Positions 20,904-30,891 are shown, numbered from the stretch's first letter. The stretch is 32,000 nt of DNA from Prochlorococcus marinus subsp. pastoris str. CCMP1986 (GCF_000011465.1 NC_005072.1:1230001-1262000), one strand, 5' to 3'. The notes: generated by a model from the sequence alone, not told the origin. Program-made: numbers and translations.

Positions 20904-21102
20904 TTTTTCTATAGTAATTTAAATAAATTTTATTTTAAATACATCTTAGTAACTTAAATATTTTGATCAATTATTTTTTTTAAATCTTAATTCTTAGCCT
21001 TTTAAATTTATACCCTTTAGTATTAATTAATATTCATCGCGTTACACAGGGTGGACTTACTATATTTAGTTTGTCATTATTAGACCAATAAAAAAATTCT
21101 TA

Positions 21103-22476
21103 ATGGTTTGCGTAAGCAACAATAAGTCATATCTTAAATCCCAACATTTAAAGATTATTGGCCAAAAAACCTTAAGAGGGAAGGTAAAAATAAGTGGTGC
21201 AAAGAATTCTGCTTTAGTATTACTTGCGGCATCATTACTAACTGACGAAAAAATCATATTAGATAATGTTCCTCTTCTGACTGATATTGAGAAGATGGGA
21301 AATATACTTAAGAATTTAGGAGTTAAATTACATAATAAAGATCATCAATTAATAATTGATTCAAAGAATATATCTATACAAGAACTTCCATATGAACTTG
21401 TAAATGGATTAAGAGCTAGTTTCTTTTGTATTGGAGCATTATTAACAAGATTTGGGGAGGCTTCAATACCTTTACCTGGTGGGTGCAATATTGGTGAAAG
21501 ACCTATCAACGAGCATATAAACGGGCTAAGGGCACTAGGTGCAGAAATTATCATTGACAGAGATGTCGTAAAAGCAAAACTAGTCAAGAAGAAAACTAAA
21601 CTATTTGGTGCAAATATCAGATTAAATTGTCCAAGTGTTGGGGCTACTGAAACGTTAATAATGGCGGCATCCTTAGCAGAAGGCAGGACTGTGATAGAGA
21701 ATGCTGCAAGGGAGCCTGAAATTCAAGATTTATGTCAGATGTTAAATAAAATGGGAGCAAAAATTTATGACTCTGGTAAAGAAAAAATAATTATTGATGG
21801 AGTACATAAACTTCATGGCTGTACTCATAAAGTAATCCCAGATAGAATTGAAGCAGGAACTTTTTTAATAGCTGCTGCTGCAACTTCATCTTCAATTACA
21901 GTTTCTCCAGTAATTCCAAATCACTTAGAGGCAGTATTAAATAAGCTAGAAGAAAGTGGTAGTAAAATAATAATAAAAGGAAATTCGATTTCAATAAAAG
22001 GTAATAACATTAAAGCAGTAGATATTAAAACCGCTCCATTTCCAGGATTCCCTACCGACTTACAGGCTCCATTTATGGCTCTAATGACTATTGCAAAAGG
22101 GAGATCTAAGATCACCGAAACAATTTTTGAAAATAGAATGAATCATGTTGATCTTTTAAATCAAATGGGAAGCTCTATAACTTTGAAAAATAATATAGCT
22201 CACATAAATGGAGTTAAAAAATTAAGAGGAATGACATTAGTTGGATCAGACTTGAGATCTTCAGCAGCGCTTATAATTGCTGCTTTAACCTCTAAAAGTG
22301 TTAGTTATGTATATGGGCTTGAACATCTAGATAGGGGTTACGAAAATTTTGAGCAAAAATTATCTAAATTAGGTATTGAAATTAAGAGACAAATAACGAA
22401 ACAGACCATTAACAAGTCAAAAAATCGCAGTTCTAACTCAAAACTTAAAGAGGTATCTGAAATAAGAGCAGCTTGA
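21103..22476 (+). CDS. murA: UDP-N-acetylglucosamine 1-carboxyvinyltransferase
   Basis: KISGAKNSALVLLAASLL, LPGGCNIGERPINEH, DRIEAGTFLIAAA, PFPGFPTDLQAPFMAL. Confidence 0.96.
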   Translation: MVCVSNNKSYLKSQHLKIIGQKTLRGKVKISGAKNSALVLLAASLLTDEKIILDNVPLLTDIEKMGNILKNLGVKLHNKDHQLIIDSKNISIQELPYELVNGLRASFFCIGALLTRFGEASIPLPGGCNIGERPINEHINGLRALGAEIIIDRDVVKAKLVKKKTKLFGANIRLNCPSVGATETLIMAASLAEGRTVIENAAREPEIQDLCQMLNKMGAKIYDSGKEKIIIDGVHKLHGCTHKVIPDRIEAGTFLIAAAATSSSITVSPVIPNHLEAVLNKLEESGSKIIIKGNSISIKGNNIKAVDIKTAPFPGFPTDLQAPFMALMTIAKGRSKITETIFENRMNHVDLLNQMGSSITLKNNIAHINGVKKLRGMTLVGSDLRSSAALIIAALTSKSVSYVYGLEHLDRGYENFEQKLSKLGIEIKRQITKQTINKSKNRSSNSKLKEVSEIRAA

Positions 22477-22484
22477 TCTTGACC

Positions 22485-22595
22485 TTAAACGTAAGCTACA
22501 TTAACAAGTGACACACAGCCAATAAAGAGAAAGGACAATACTAAGAAACGAACAGACCAATATTTATTTAATCCATTAATTTTTAAATCATTCAT
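22485..22595 (-). CDS. Candidate small membrane protein, 36 aa (not in ORF track)
   Basis: Hand translation MNDLKINGLNKYWSVRFLVLSFLFIGCVSLVNVAYV: one predicted TM. Its ATG overlaps the upstream small ORF's TGA. Confidence 0.5.
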   Translation of the reverse strand: MNDLKINGLNKYWSVRFLVLSFLFIGCVSLVNVAYV

Positions 22596-22711
22596 ACCCA
22601 TGTGCCGCCGTTAGTACCGAAAGCAGTGAAAATAGCTACTGCTATAAATAAATATGGAGCTAACCTAAATGATAATTTTTGAGTATTATTTTTTGTTTTG
22701 ATTCCTGACAT
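22592..22711 (-). CDS. Candidate small membrane protein, 39 aa (not in ORF track)
   Basis: Hand translation MSGIKTKNNTQKLSFRLAPYLFIAVAIFTAFGTNGGTWV: basic N-terminus then one TM. Confidence 0.5.
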   Translation of the reverse strand: MSGIKTKNNTQKLSFRLAPYLFIAVAIFTAFGTNGGTWV

Positions 22712-22992
22712 AATTTTTTATAAGCATTACTAAGAAATATAACACAATATTACTATCTGTGAAGTCTAATCATCAAAACTAGTCTTCAGAACTCTATTCT
22801 GAGACAGTAATGTTTCAAAAGTGTAACTTAAGGCTATATTTTGAGCTTAATTTCTAATCTTATGTGTTTAATTTAAGATCTTTTTTTGGATTATTTATTT
22901 TTTTTAACAACTCTTTTCCGTAAAGCAGAAAAAGTAGTCAATGCATGAAATATTGTTATAGTTAAATAAGTTAATTATTTGTGAAGAGCCTT

Positions 22993-23074
22993 GGGAGCGT
23001 GGTGGAATTGGTAGACGCACCGCACTCAAAATGCGGCACCTTCGGGTATGTCGGTTCAAGTCCGACCGCTCCCA
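22993..23074 (+). tRNA. tRNA-Leu (anticodon CAA)
   Basis: Acceptor GGGAGCG/CGCTCCC, anticodon stem CCGCA/TGCGG with loop CTCAAAA, long variable arm, T-loop TTCAAGT, discriminator A. Confidence 0.95.
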
Positions 23075-23079
23075 CTTTA

Positions 23080-24255
23080 ATGAATACTTATACTAGATTT
23101 GATATTTCTTTCAAGAAAGGTAATGGATGTTGGCTATGGGATGAAAAAGGCAAAAAATATCTTGATGCTGTGGCTGGTATAGCAACATGTAGCCTAGGGC
23201 ATAGCAATAGAATCTTAAGAAAAAAGTTATCCGCACAATTAAAAAAAGTTCAGCACATCTCAAATCTTTATAAAATTGAAGAGCAAGAAGAATTAAGCAA
23301 ATATTTAACTAAACAGAGTTGCGCTGAAAGTGTTTTTTTCTGCAATAGTGGTGCCGAGGCAAATGAGTCAGCTATTAAATTAATCAAAAAGTATGGTAAT
23401 ACAGTACATAAAGGTAAAGAATCTTTTATTCTTGCTGCTGAATCTAGCTTTCATGGTAGAACACTCGCAACTTTAAGTGCTACTGGTCAGCCTAAGTACC
23501 AAAAAGGTTTTGAACCAATGGTTAAAGGTTTTAAGTTTTTTAAATATAATGATATTGCTTCTGTAAAAAAATTATTTGAAGAATTAAAAGCAAATAACCA
23601 AAAAGCTTCAGGGATTTTAGTTGAACCTATTCAAGGAGAAGGAGGTGTAATACCTGGAGATAAAAAATTTTTTAAAGAATTAAGAGAAATTTGTAATAAA
23701 TACAATTCTCTTTTAATTCTTGATGAAGTTCAGAGTGGAGTAGGGAGAACGGGAAAAATGTGGGGATATGAGAATCTAGAAATCGAACCAGATGGATTCA
23801 CATTAGCTAAAGGATTAGGCGGAGGGCATGCAATTGGTGCTTTATTGGTACAAAAAAAAGCGAACATTTTTACTCCTGGAGATCACGCAAGTACTTTTGG
23901 TGGCAATCCCTTTGCTTGTAGAGCTGCCATAACAGTTTTAGAAGAAATTAAAAGACGTAAAATTCTTAAAAACGTTTTAGAAAGAGGTAATCAATTAAAT
24001 GAGGGTTTTACGAAAATTTCAGCGAAATTTCCTAAAATTATTAGTGGCATAAGAGGACTAGGATTAATACAAGGACTTGTTATAAATGATTCCTACACAG
24101 ATGCAAAAACGATCACATTAAAAGCTTTTGATAAAGGTTTACTATTAGTACCGGCTGGAGGAAACGTTGTTAGGTTTGTACCACCTTTAATAATTTCGAG
24201 AAATGAGATCAATATACTTTTAAAGAAATTAGATTTAATTTTCGAAGAGATGTAA
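23080..24255 (+). CDS. argD: Acetylornithine aminotransferase
   Basis: True start taken as ATG at 23080 (MNTYTRFDISFKKGNG...); GIATCSLGH, FFCNSGAEANESAIKL, AESSFHGRTLATL, LDEVQSGVGRTG, LAKGLGGGHAIGA. The track start at 22981 runs through the tRNA. Confidence 0.95.
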   Translation: MNTYTRFDISFKKGNGCWLWDEKGKKYLDAVAGIATCSLGHSNRILRKKLSAQLKKVQHISNLYKIEEQEELSKYLTKQSCAESVFFCNSGAEANESAIKLIKKYGNTVHKGKESFILAAESSFHGRTLATLSATGQPKYQKGFEPMVKGFKFFKYNDIASVKKLFEELKANNQKASGILVEPIQGEGGVIPGDKKFFKELREICNKYNSLLILDEVQSGVGRTGKMWGYENLEIEPDGFTLAKGLGGGHAIGALLVQKKANIFTPGDHASTFGGNPFACRAAITVLEEIKRRKILKNVLERGNQLNEGFTKISAKFPKIISGIRGLGLIQGLVINDSYTDAKTITLKAFDKGLLLVPAGGNVVRFVPPLIISRNEINILLKKLDLIFEEM

Positions 24256-24267
24256 ATTTTATTAATT

Positions 24268-25500
24268 TTGATTAATGTAAATATTGAGAATTTTGATTTA
24301 CTCTCGCCCAAATTAGAAAGGGAAAATATTCAATTAGGATTATCAAGAATAAAAAATGCGTTAAGAGATTTAGATGACCCATGCAAAAATATACCTGCTA
24401 TTCAAATTGTTGGGACAAATGGTAAAGGTTCGATTACCGCTTTTATAGAAAACATTCTTTATGCAGATAAAAAGAATATTGGGGTTACTACTTCACCTCA
24501 CCTTTTAGATATTTGTGAAAGGATCAGAGTGAATAAAGAAAAGATTAGTAAGGAAGAATTTGAAAGACTATTTAAGAAAATAAAAAATAATCTTTCAACC
24601 CATAAATTATCTCCTTTTGAACAAATTATCTGTTGTGCACTAAATTTTTTTGATTTTAAAAAAGTAGATTTATTAATTCTTGAAGCTGGTTTAGGTGGAC
24701 GATTAGACGCTACTACAGCCCATCCTTTAAGACCAATAATTGCTATTGGCAATATAGGTTTAGACCATAAAGAATATCTTGGAGACTCAATTGAAAAAAT
24801 TGCAAAAGAAAAAGTAGCTGTAATTGAAAAAAATGCATTTGTTATTTCTTGTCGTCAAGAAGCTGAAGTTGAGGAAATAATTAAAGCAAGAGTTAAACAA
24901 GTAAATGCAAAAATCATATGGAAAGAATCACTATCTAATGATTACGAAATTGGTTTAAAAGGTAATTTTCAAAAACAAAACGCAGCTGTTGCTATTGGAG
25001 TAATTGAAGAACTAATTAATTTTGGCTTTAAGGTTAAAGAAAGCTCCATTAAGGAAGGACTTAAGAATGCAAAATGGAGCGGGAGGTTAGAAATAATTAA
25101 ATGTTTTAATAAAAAGATTCTTGTTGATTCTGCACATAATTACTCTGCGGCAAAAGCCCTTTCAGAGGAAAGGAAAACTTGGAATAATAATAAGGAAGGG
25201 ATTTATTGGATTTTAGGAGTCCAAATACACAAAGATATTGCCTCAATGATAAAAGTTCTTATTAAAGAAAATGATCATATACTTTTAGTCCCAGTTCCTA
25301 ATCAAGCAAGTTGGAAATTAAAAGATCTATCTAATATTAACGAGCTAAATCATTTAGATATAAATGAGTTTGAAAAAGTTGATCTTGCTTTTAATTATCT
25401 TTTGGAGCTTGAAAAATGGCCAAAATGTAATCCTGTGCTTACAGGTTCAATATTTTTAGTTGCTGAGTTTATTAAATTTGCAAATAATCAAAAGTTTTAA
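24268..25500 (+). CDS. folC: Folylpolyglutamate synthase / dihydrofolate synthase
   Basis: IQIVGTNGKGSITAFIENIL, TTSPHLLDICERIRVN, ILEAGLGGRLDATTA, GLDHKEYLG, VDSAHNYSAAKAL. TTG start. Confidence 0.94.
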   Translation: MINVNIENFDLLSPKLERENIQLGLSRIKNALRDLDDPCKNIPAIQIVGTNGKGSITAFIENILYADKKNIGVTTSPHLLDICERIRVNKEKISKEEFERLFKKIKNNLSTHKLSPFEQIICCALNFFDFKKVDLLILEAGLGGRLDATTAHPLRPIIAIGNIGLDHKEYLGDSIEKIAKEKVAVIEKNAFVISCRQEAEVEEIIKARVKQVNAKIIWKESLSNDYEIGLKGNFQKQNAAVAIGVIEELINFGFKVKESSIKEGLKNAKWSGRLEIIKCFNKKILVDSAHNYSAAKALSEERKTWNNNKEGIYWILGVQIHKDIASMIKVLIKENDHILLVPVPNQASWKLKDLSNINELNHLDINEFEKVDLAFNYLLELEKWPKCNPVLTGSIFLVAEFIKFANNQKF

Positions 25501-26852
25501 ATATTAAACTCATCTTTTATTTCCCACCCTTGCAATTTACCAGGATTTAATAAACCTTTTGGATCAAATTTTAATTTTGCTTTTACTTGATCAGAATCAA
25601 TAACTCCTAATCCACCTCCCTCAACAGTTAATACATGTGGATTAAAAATAATTGCTCCCAGTTTCTTACAATTATCTATTATTTGGTTTATTTGATCTGA
25701 ACTGTGCCATTTAATTACTGGCAAAGCAGCTAATCTAGGGACTCCTTGTTGAGAGACAGCTTCAAGATGCCAAAGAATATTCTTACCCCATTTTTCTCTC
25801 AAAGAATTAATTAGTTCGAATTCCTTATCTAGAGGTAAAAGCATCTGTAAATATGTCCAGTTTTTGTCCTTTGCCCTCATATGAAGGGTTGTATGATTCC
25901 AAACTACTTCAGAGATTCCATTTGTTAATTTATCTTCTTCTCCAAGAAGAAAAGAATTAACTTCATATTTTTTGCAAATTAATTCAATAGTTTTTATCCC
26001 CCCAAGCGTTGATTGAATCAAAATCTTGTGACTTTTAGATTTACCTTTAAACCAGGAAGGCATTTGATCTACAATTTCTTTCTCAAGAATTGCGCCAAGC
26101 TTTAAGTCAATTGCTGCAGTGGTACATGTTTTTAATATTTCGATTGTCTTATTTAACCCTTCACAGTCAATTATTATCGAGTACCACTTACGTTTTATAT
26201 CAGTAGCGATCAATAATGAAGTAATAATTCCATTAGTTCCATATGCATGATTTAAAGGTTCTGATTCTTCAGCATCAAATCTTAGTAATTTAGGCTCTTC
26301 ATTTATTGTTACAGCTTCTAAACCTATAAGATTCCCTGGATCTCTTAAAAATCCCCATCTAATTGAACCAATACCTCCTGAGCCCCCTGCAATAAAACCT
26401 CCTATAGTTGCAGTTTTCCATGTACTGGGAAGCAACCTTAATTCTCTTCCATATTTTTCTAGTTCTTTATTTAAATCTCCCATTAAGCATCCAGATTGTA
26501 CCTTTACAAAACCTGTCTCAGGATGAAATTCTTCAATTTTATTTAAACAATTCATCTGCATAACAATACCTTTAAACAAAGGGACAGCTTGTCCATAATT
26601 ACCTGTTCCTGAACCTCTTAAAGTAAGTGGTATCGAAAATTCCCAACAAATTTCTGCTACTTTCTTTACTGAATTTTGATCAATAGGTCGTACCACCAAG
26701 TCAGCGATACAACCATCTAGTTTCTTTTCGAGTATTGGAGAATAATTATAAAAGTCTTTTGAAAGCCTTTTCACATCGGAAGTCCTTTCAATAATTTCTA
26801 AATTATCAATTTTTTTTAATTGTTCTATTAATTTTGAATTTCTTGAAGACAT
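25497..26852 (-). CDS. FAD-linked oxidase (GlcD-like FAD/FMN-containing dehydrogenase)
   Basis: VVRPIDQNSVKKVAEICWEFSIPLTLRGSGTGNYGQAVPLFKGIVM, TIGGFIAGGSGGIGSIRWG, C-terminal FDPKGLLNPGKL. Confidence 0.87.
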   Translation of the reverse strand: MSSRNSKLIEQLKKIDNLEIIERTSDVKRLSKDFYNYSPILEKKLDGCIADLVVRPIDQNSVKKVAEICWEFSIPLTLRGSGTGNYGQAVPLFKGIVMQMNCLNKIEEFHPETGFVKVQSGCLMGDLNKELEKYGRELRLLPSTWKTATIGGFIAGGSGGIGSIRWGFLRDPGNLIGLEAVTINEEPKLLRFDAEESEPLNHAYGTNGIITSLLIATDIKRKWYSIIIDCEGLNKTIEILKTCTTAAIDLKLGAILEKEIVDQMPSWFKGKSKSHKILIQSTLGGIKTIELICKKYEVNSFLLGEEDKLTNGISEVVWNHTTLHMRAKDKNWTYLQMLLPLDKEFELINSLREKWGKNILWHLEAVSQQGVPRLAALPVIKWHSSDQINQIIDNCKKLGAIIFNPHVLTVEGGGLGVIDSDQVKAKLKFDPKGLLNPGKLQGWEIKDEFNI

Positions 26853-26890
26853 TAATAATTAATTTTTTACTTTAAACATAAAATAATTGA

Positions 26891-28126
26891 TTAGCTATAC
26901 AATTCGCCGTTTATAAGGACTTCTCTTTTTAAATTAGTTGAGAAAATATCCGCCCAATTTCCAGCATCTAAAAGCACAAAATTCACAGGACAACCTTTTT
27001 TAACCACCCCATCCCAAGTTAAATTCAATAATCTACTTGGTGACAAAAAAATGGAAGATAAAGTCAATCTTTCCCAAGGATTTAATTGAAGCATTGGCAT
27101 TGCAAGAGACATCAAATAAAAAGGATCGTAATTACCAAATGGATACCAAGGGTCTTGAACATTATCACTCCCGATAGAAACATCTACTAATGATTTTTGT
27201 AGTTGCTTTATTGGTGCAACAGGCCTATTTAAAGATGTACTTTTTTCTTTACGATTGAGCAACCAGAAATTTGTAAGAGGAAGTGCAATCACTTTTATAT
27301 CTTTCTCAGCGATTTTGCTTCCCAGATTAAGTATTTCATTATTATTTAGAGATAGAATACTACTTAAATGACTACATGTTATTGGGACTTTAATATTTAA
27401 TCTATCAATAGTTTCCAAAAGAACTTTTATACCCGCTCCTGGCTCAATAGTTGATTCATCTATGTGTAAATCAATTTCCAATTTATATTTATCTGCAAGC
27501 AAGAGAGTTTTAGAGAGTAAGTATTTTATTTTTGCTCTATTTTTAAAGGGAGGAACAAGAACTCCGCCTAAAATACCCTTTTTCTTAGAAAAAATTTTTG
27601 CTAATTCCTCTCCATGGGGAGTATCCCAAAACTCCAATGGAGCTAATGCTACATATTGCAATTTCAACTTAGAGGAATATTTTTTTTGAATTTTAAAAAG
27701 CTCATCCCAAATATTATTATCCTGACTTTCGTAGGTATCAACATGGCTCCTGATAGCTCTATAACCATTTTTAAGAGCCAAGTTGAGTGATTTTTCAGCT
27801 CTCTCTAAAACTTTAATTTTAGACCTAGTTTTATGCTCCTCTAAATTTACTGATAAGGCCTCATGATAGTTTGATTTAAAATTAGGAAACTCTCCAAAAG
27901 TGAAAGATTTATCAAGATGTGAGTGAGTCTCAACAAATCTTGGGAAAAGGATTTTTTTTGGTTTTTTATTTTTGATATTTATCGGCTTTAGTTCAGAAAT
28001 AATTCCTTTTTCCCAAGCAACAAAAACAGAAGCGAAACCCTCATCATCCACGTTGAGGTTATCAACATTTTCTATTTCACAAAGGCATCTAGGTATAAGT
28101 ACCTCTGTTTTTCCGGAGTTGATCAA
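26891..28126 (-). CDS. Cytosine-deaminase-like amidohydrolase
   Basis: Metal-site motifs PRFVETHSHLDKSF, DLHIDES, TCSHLSS, IGSDNVQDPWYPFGNYDP, as in the CodA family. Confidence 0.82.
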   Translation of the reverse strand: MINSGKTEVLIPRCLCEIENVDNLNVDDEGFASVFVAWEKGIISELKPINIKNKKPKKILFPRFVETHSHLDKSFTFGEFPNFKSNYHEALSVNLEEHKTRSKIKVLERAEKSLNLALKNGYRAIRSHVDTYESQDNNIWDELFKIQKKYSSKLKLQYVALAPLEFWDTPHGEELAKIFSKKKGILGGVLVPPFKNRAKIKYLLSKTLLLADKYKLEIDLHIDESTIEPGAGIKVLLETIDRLNIKVPITCSHLSSILSLNNNEILNLGSKIAEKDIKVIALPLTNFWLLNRKEKSTSLNRPVAPIKQLQKSLVDVSIGSDNVQDPWYPFGNYDPFYLMSLAMPMLQLNPWERLTLSSIFLSPSRLLNLTWDGVVKKGCPVNFVLLDAGNWADIFSTNLKREVLINGELYS

Positions 28127-28260
28127 GATTTAATATGCTTTTATTTTATTTTAAAACATAGATAAAGCTTATACAGAAATAGGAAAATACTTCAAAATCT
28201 TCTAAAACATACAAATATGCATGAAATTTTACTCGTAAGTTGTTAAGTTTATATATGTGA

Positions 28261-28334
28261 GGCGGGCGTCGCCAAGTGGTTAAGGCAGTGGCTTGTGGCG
28301 CCGCTATTCGGGGGTTCGAATCCCCTCGCTCGCC
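28261..28334 (+). tRNA. tRNA-His (anticodon GTG)
   Basis: G-1 paired to C73; acceptor GCGGGCG/CGCTCGC; anticodon stem GTGGC/GCCGC with loop TTGTGGC; T-arm GGGGG-TTCGAAT-CCCCT. Confidence 0.95.
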
Positions 28335-28408
28335 CTCAAAAATATTGCTCCAAAATTATTTAAATTATAATTTTGAATTAACAAAAGTCATTCAAAACTT
28401 TTTGCAAA

Positions 28409-29803
28409 GTGCTAACCAAACCAATCCAAGAAGAAGAAAAGATTTACAAAAATTCCTCTTTAGGTAGTTATTGGATAACAACTTTTGGTTGTCAAATGAA
28501 TAAGGCCGATTCCGAAAGGATGGCAGGCACACTTGAAAAAATGGGATATTCAAGAGCTATTGATGAATTAAAAGCGGATTTAGTTTTATATAACACTTGC
28601 ACAATAAGAGACAGTGCTCAGCAAAAGGTTTACAGTTTTTTAGGAAAGCAAGTCAAAAGAAAGCATAGTACTCCAAAATTAAAATTAGTTGTAGCAGGTT
28701 GCCTCGCGCAACAAGAGGGTGAATCTCTTTTAAGAAGAGTGCCCGAACTTGATCTAATAATGGGGCCACAACATGTTAATAATCTTGAGAATCTTTTAGA
28801 GAGGGTTGATTTAGGCAATCAAGTCGTAGCCACTGAAGAAACTTTTATATCTGAAGATATTACTAATCCAAGAAGAGATAGCTCTATTTGTGGTTGGGTG
28901 AATATCATTTATGGTTGCAATGAAAGATGCTCTTATTGTGTTGTCCCATCTGTTAGAGGTAAAGAACAGTCAAGATATCCAGATGCAATTAAAAGTGAAA
29001 TAGAATCTTTAGCTCATAATAATTTCAAAGAGGTAACTCTTTTAGGGCAAAATATTGATGCCTACGGTAGAGATCTTCCTGGAACTACCAAAGAGGGCAG
29101 GAAAGAAAATTCCCTTACTGATCTTCTTTATTTTATTCATGATGTAGAGGGAATTAAAAGAATAAGATTTTCTACAAGTCATCCAAAATATTTTTCAAAA
29201 AGACTTATAAACGCTTGTTATGAATTAGACAAAGTTTGTGAGCATTTTCATATTCCGTTCCAAAGTGGTAATAATGAAATCCTTAGATTAATGGCTAGAG
29301 GTTACACGATCGAAAAATATAAAAGAATAATTGAAAATATTAGACAATTAATGCCAAATGCATCAATTACTGCTGATGCAATAGTTGCTTTCCCAGGAGA
29401 AACAGAAACCCAATATCGTGAAACATTGAAGTTAATATCTGATATTGGCTTTGATCAAGTTATGACCGCCGCCTATTCTCCAAGACCAAATACCCCAGCA
29501 GCTTTTTGGGATAATCAAATTCCTGAAGAAGTTAAAAAGGAAAGATTAAAAGAAATTAATGAACTAGTTGAAACAACCTCTAGAAAAAGAAATCAAAGAT
29601 ATTTAAATAATATTGAAAGTGTTTTAATTGAGGGCTTGAATCCAAAAAATAATGCCCAAATGATGGGAAGGACAAGAACGAATAGACTTACATTTGTAGA
29701 AATATCAAAAAATATTGAATTTAATTATTCATATGGTGATGAAATAAATGTCAAAATAACCGAGGCGAGATCTTTTTCTTTAAGTGGTCAGATTTATAAG
29801 TAA
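28409..29803 (+). CDS. miaB: tRNA-2-methylthio-N6-dimethylallyladenosine synthase MiaB
   Basis: [63 protein letters not shown]; GTG start. Confidence 0.96.
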   Translation: MLTKPIQEEEKIYKNSSLGSYWITTFGCQMNKADSERMAGTLEKMGYSRAIDELKADLVLYNTCTIRDSAQQKVYSFLGKQVKRKHSTPKLKLVVAGCLAQQEGESLLRRVPELDLIMGPQHVNNLENLLERVDLGNQVVATEETFISEDITNPRRDSSICGWVNIIYGCNERCSYCVVPSVRGKEQSRYPDAIKSEIESLAHNNFKEVTLLGQNIDAYGRDLPGTTKEGRKENSLTDLLYFIHDVEGIKRIRFSTSHPKYFSKRLINACYELDKVCEHFHIPFQSGNNEILRLMARGYTIEKYKRIIENIRQLMPNASITADAIVAFPGETETQYRETLKLISDIGFDQVMTAAYSPRPNTPAAFWDNQIPEEVKKERLKEINELVETTSRKRNQRYLNNIESVLIEGLNPKNNAQMMGRTRTNRLTFVEISKNIEFNYSYGDEINVKITEARSFSLSGQIYK

Positions 29804-29812
29804 TTTTTCTAA

Positions 29813-30880
29813 ATGTTAGAAAAAGAAAAAAAATGTATTGGAATAATTTTTGGAGGAGAGTCTAATGAACATGATGTTTCAGTATCTTCCGCCAAGACAG
29901 TTTTTAAAGCATTAATTTCAAAAACGAACATAAATAGATTTTGGGTTAAAGCTTTTTATATAAATAAGCATGGCGTTTGGCTTGATAATGATCAATCTCT
30001 TGTATTACTAAAAGAAAAAAGAAAAAATGAAACGATTGATAAGAACCAAGTTTTCCCTAAACGAGAAATTAACTTTTTAAACACAATAGAATTTCAAGGT
30101 ATTGATATATGGTTCCCACTTTTGCATGGTGTAAATGGAGAAGATGGAGCAATTCATGGTTTATTAAAATTTACCCAAAAGCCCATAGTAGGAGGAGGAA
30201 TTTTAGGTTCTGCTCTTGGCATGGATAAAATATTAATGAAAAAAATATTTTCACATCTAGAAATTCCCCAAGTAAATTATTTAGATATTCAAAATCAAGA
30301 TCTTAGTGATGATAAAGTAAAAAATAATTTATCTGTTGAGATTATTGAAAAATTAAAGTTACCAGTTTTTGTTAAACCTGCTAATTCAGGCTCATCACTT
30401 GGTATTTCGAAGGCCAAAACTAGATCAGAAATAATTAAAGCATTACAAAAGGCTTGGGAAATAGACTCCAGAATTGTTATCGAGGAAGGTTTAGATGTTA
30501 GAGAACTTGAATGCGGAATAATTGGTAATTTAAAACTTACCGCATCTGAAATCGGTGAAGTTTCTTATTCAACCGATTGGTACGATTATGATTCAAAATA
30601 TTCGATGGATAATCAAATAATTATTCCAGCTGATATTGATTCTCAAATCTCTGAACAAATTAAAGATATTGCTATTAGAAGTTGTAGAGCATTAAATATT
30701 TACGGTTTCGCAAGGGTTGATTTCTTTTTAGAAAAGATTTCAAATAAAATTTTTCTGAATGAAATAAATACAATTCCTGGTTTTACTAGTAAAAGTATGT
30801 TTCCAATGCTTTGGAATGCTTCAGGTTTAAATATTGATCAACTTGTAGCTAAACTAGTTGATATATCATCAGATTTATAG
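29813..30880 (+). CDS. ddl: D-alanine--D-alanine ligase
   Basis: IIFGGESNEHDVSVSSAKTVF, FPLLHGVNGEDGAIHGLL, PVFVKPANSGSSLGISK, FLNEINTIPGFTSKSMFP. Confidence 0.96.
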   Translation: MLEKEKKCIGIIFGGESNEHDVSVSSAKTVFKALISKTNINRFWVKAFYINKHGVWLDNDQSLVLLKEKRKNETIDKNQVFPKREINFLNTIEFQGIDIWFPLLHGVNGEDGAIHGLLKFTQKPIVGGGILGSALGMDKILMKKIFSHLEIPQVNYLDIQNQDLSDDKVKNNLSVEIIEKLKLPVFVKPANSGSSLGISKAKTRSEIIKALQKAWEIDSRIVIEEGLDVRELECGIIGNLKLTASEIGEVSYSTDWYDYDSKYSMDNQIIIPADIDSQISEQIKDIAIRSCRALNIYGFARVDFFLEKISNKIFLNEINTIPGFTSKSMFPMLWNASGLNIDQLVAKLVDISSDL

Positions 30881-30891
30881 ATTAAAGTCAA

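Noticed and set aside
22981-23079. N-terminal 33 aa of the track ORF MKSLGSVVELVDAPHSKCGTFGYVGSSPTAPTL in front of ArgD
   Set aside because: This is translation through the tRNA-Leu gene; the argD start is the ATG at 23080.
28276-28467. 63-aa ORF MVKAVACGAAIRGFESPRSPS...
   Set aside because: Overlaps tRNA-His and the start of miaB in another frame; a common tRNA-derived artefact.
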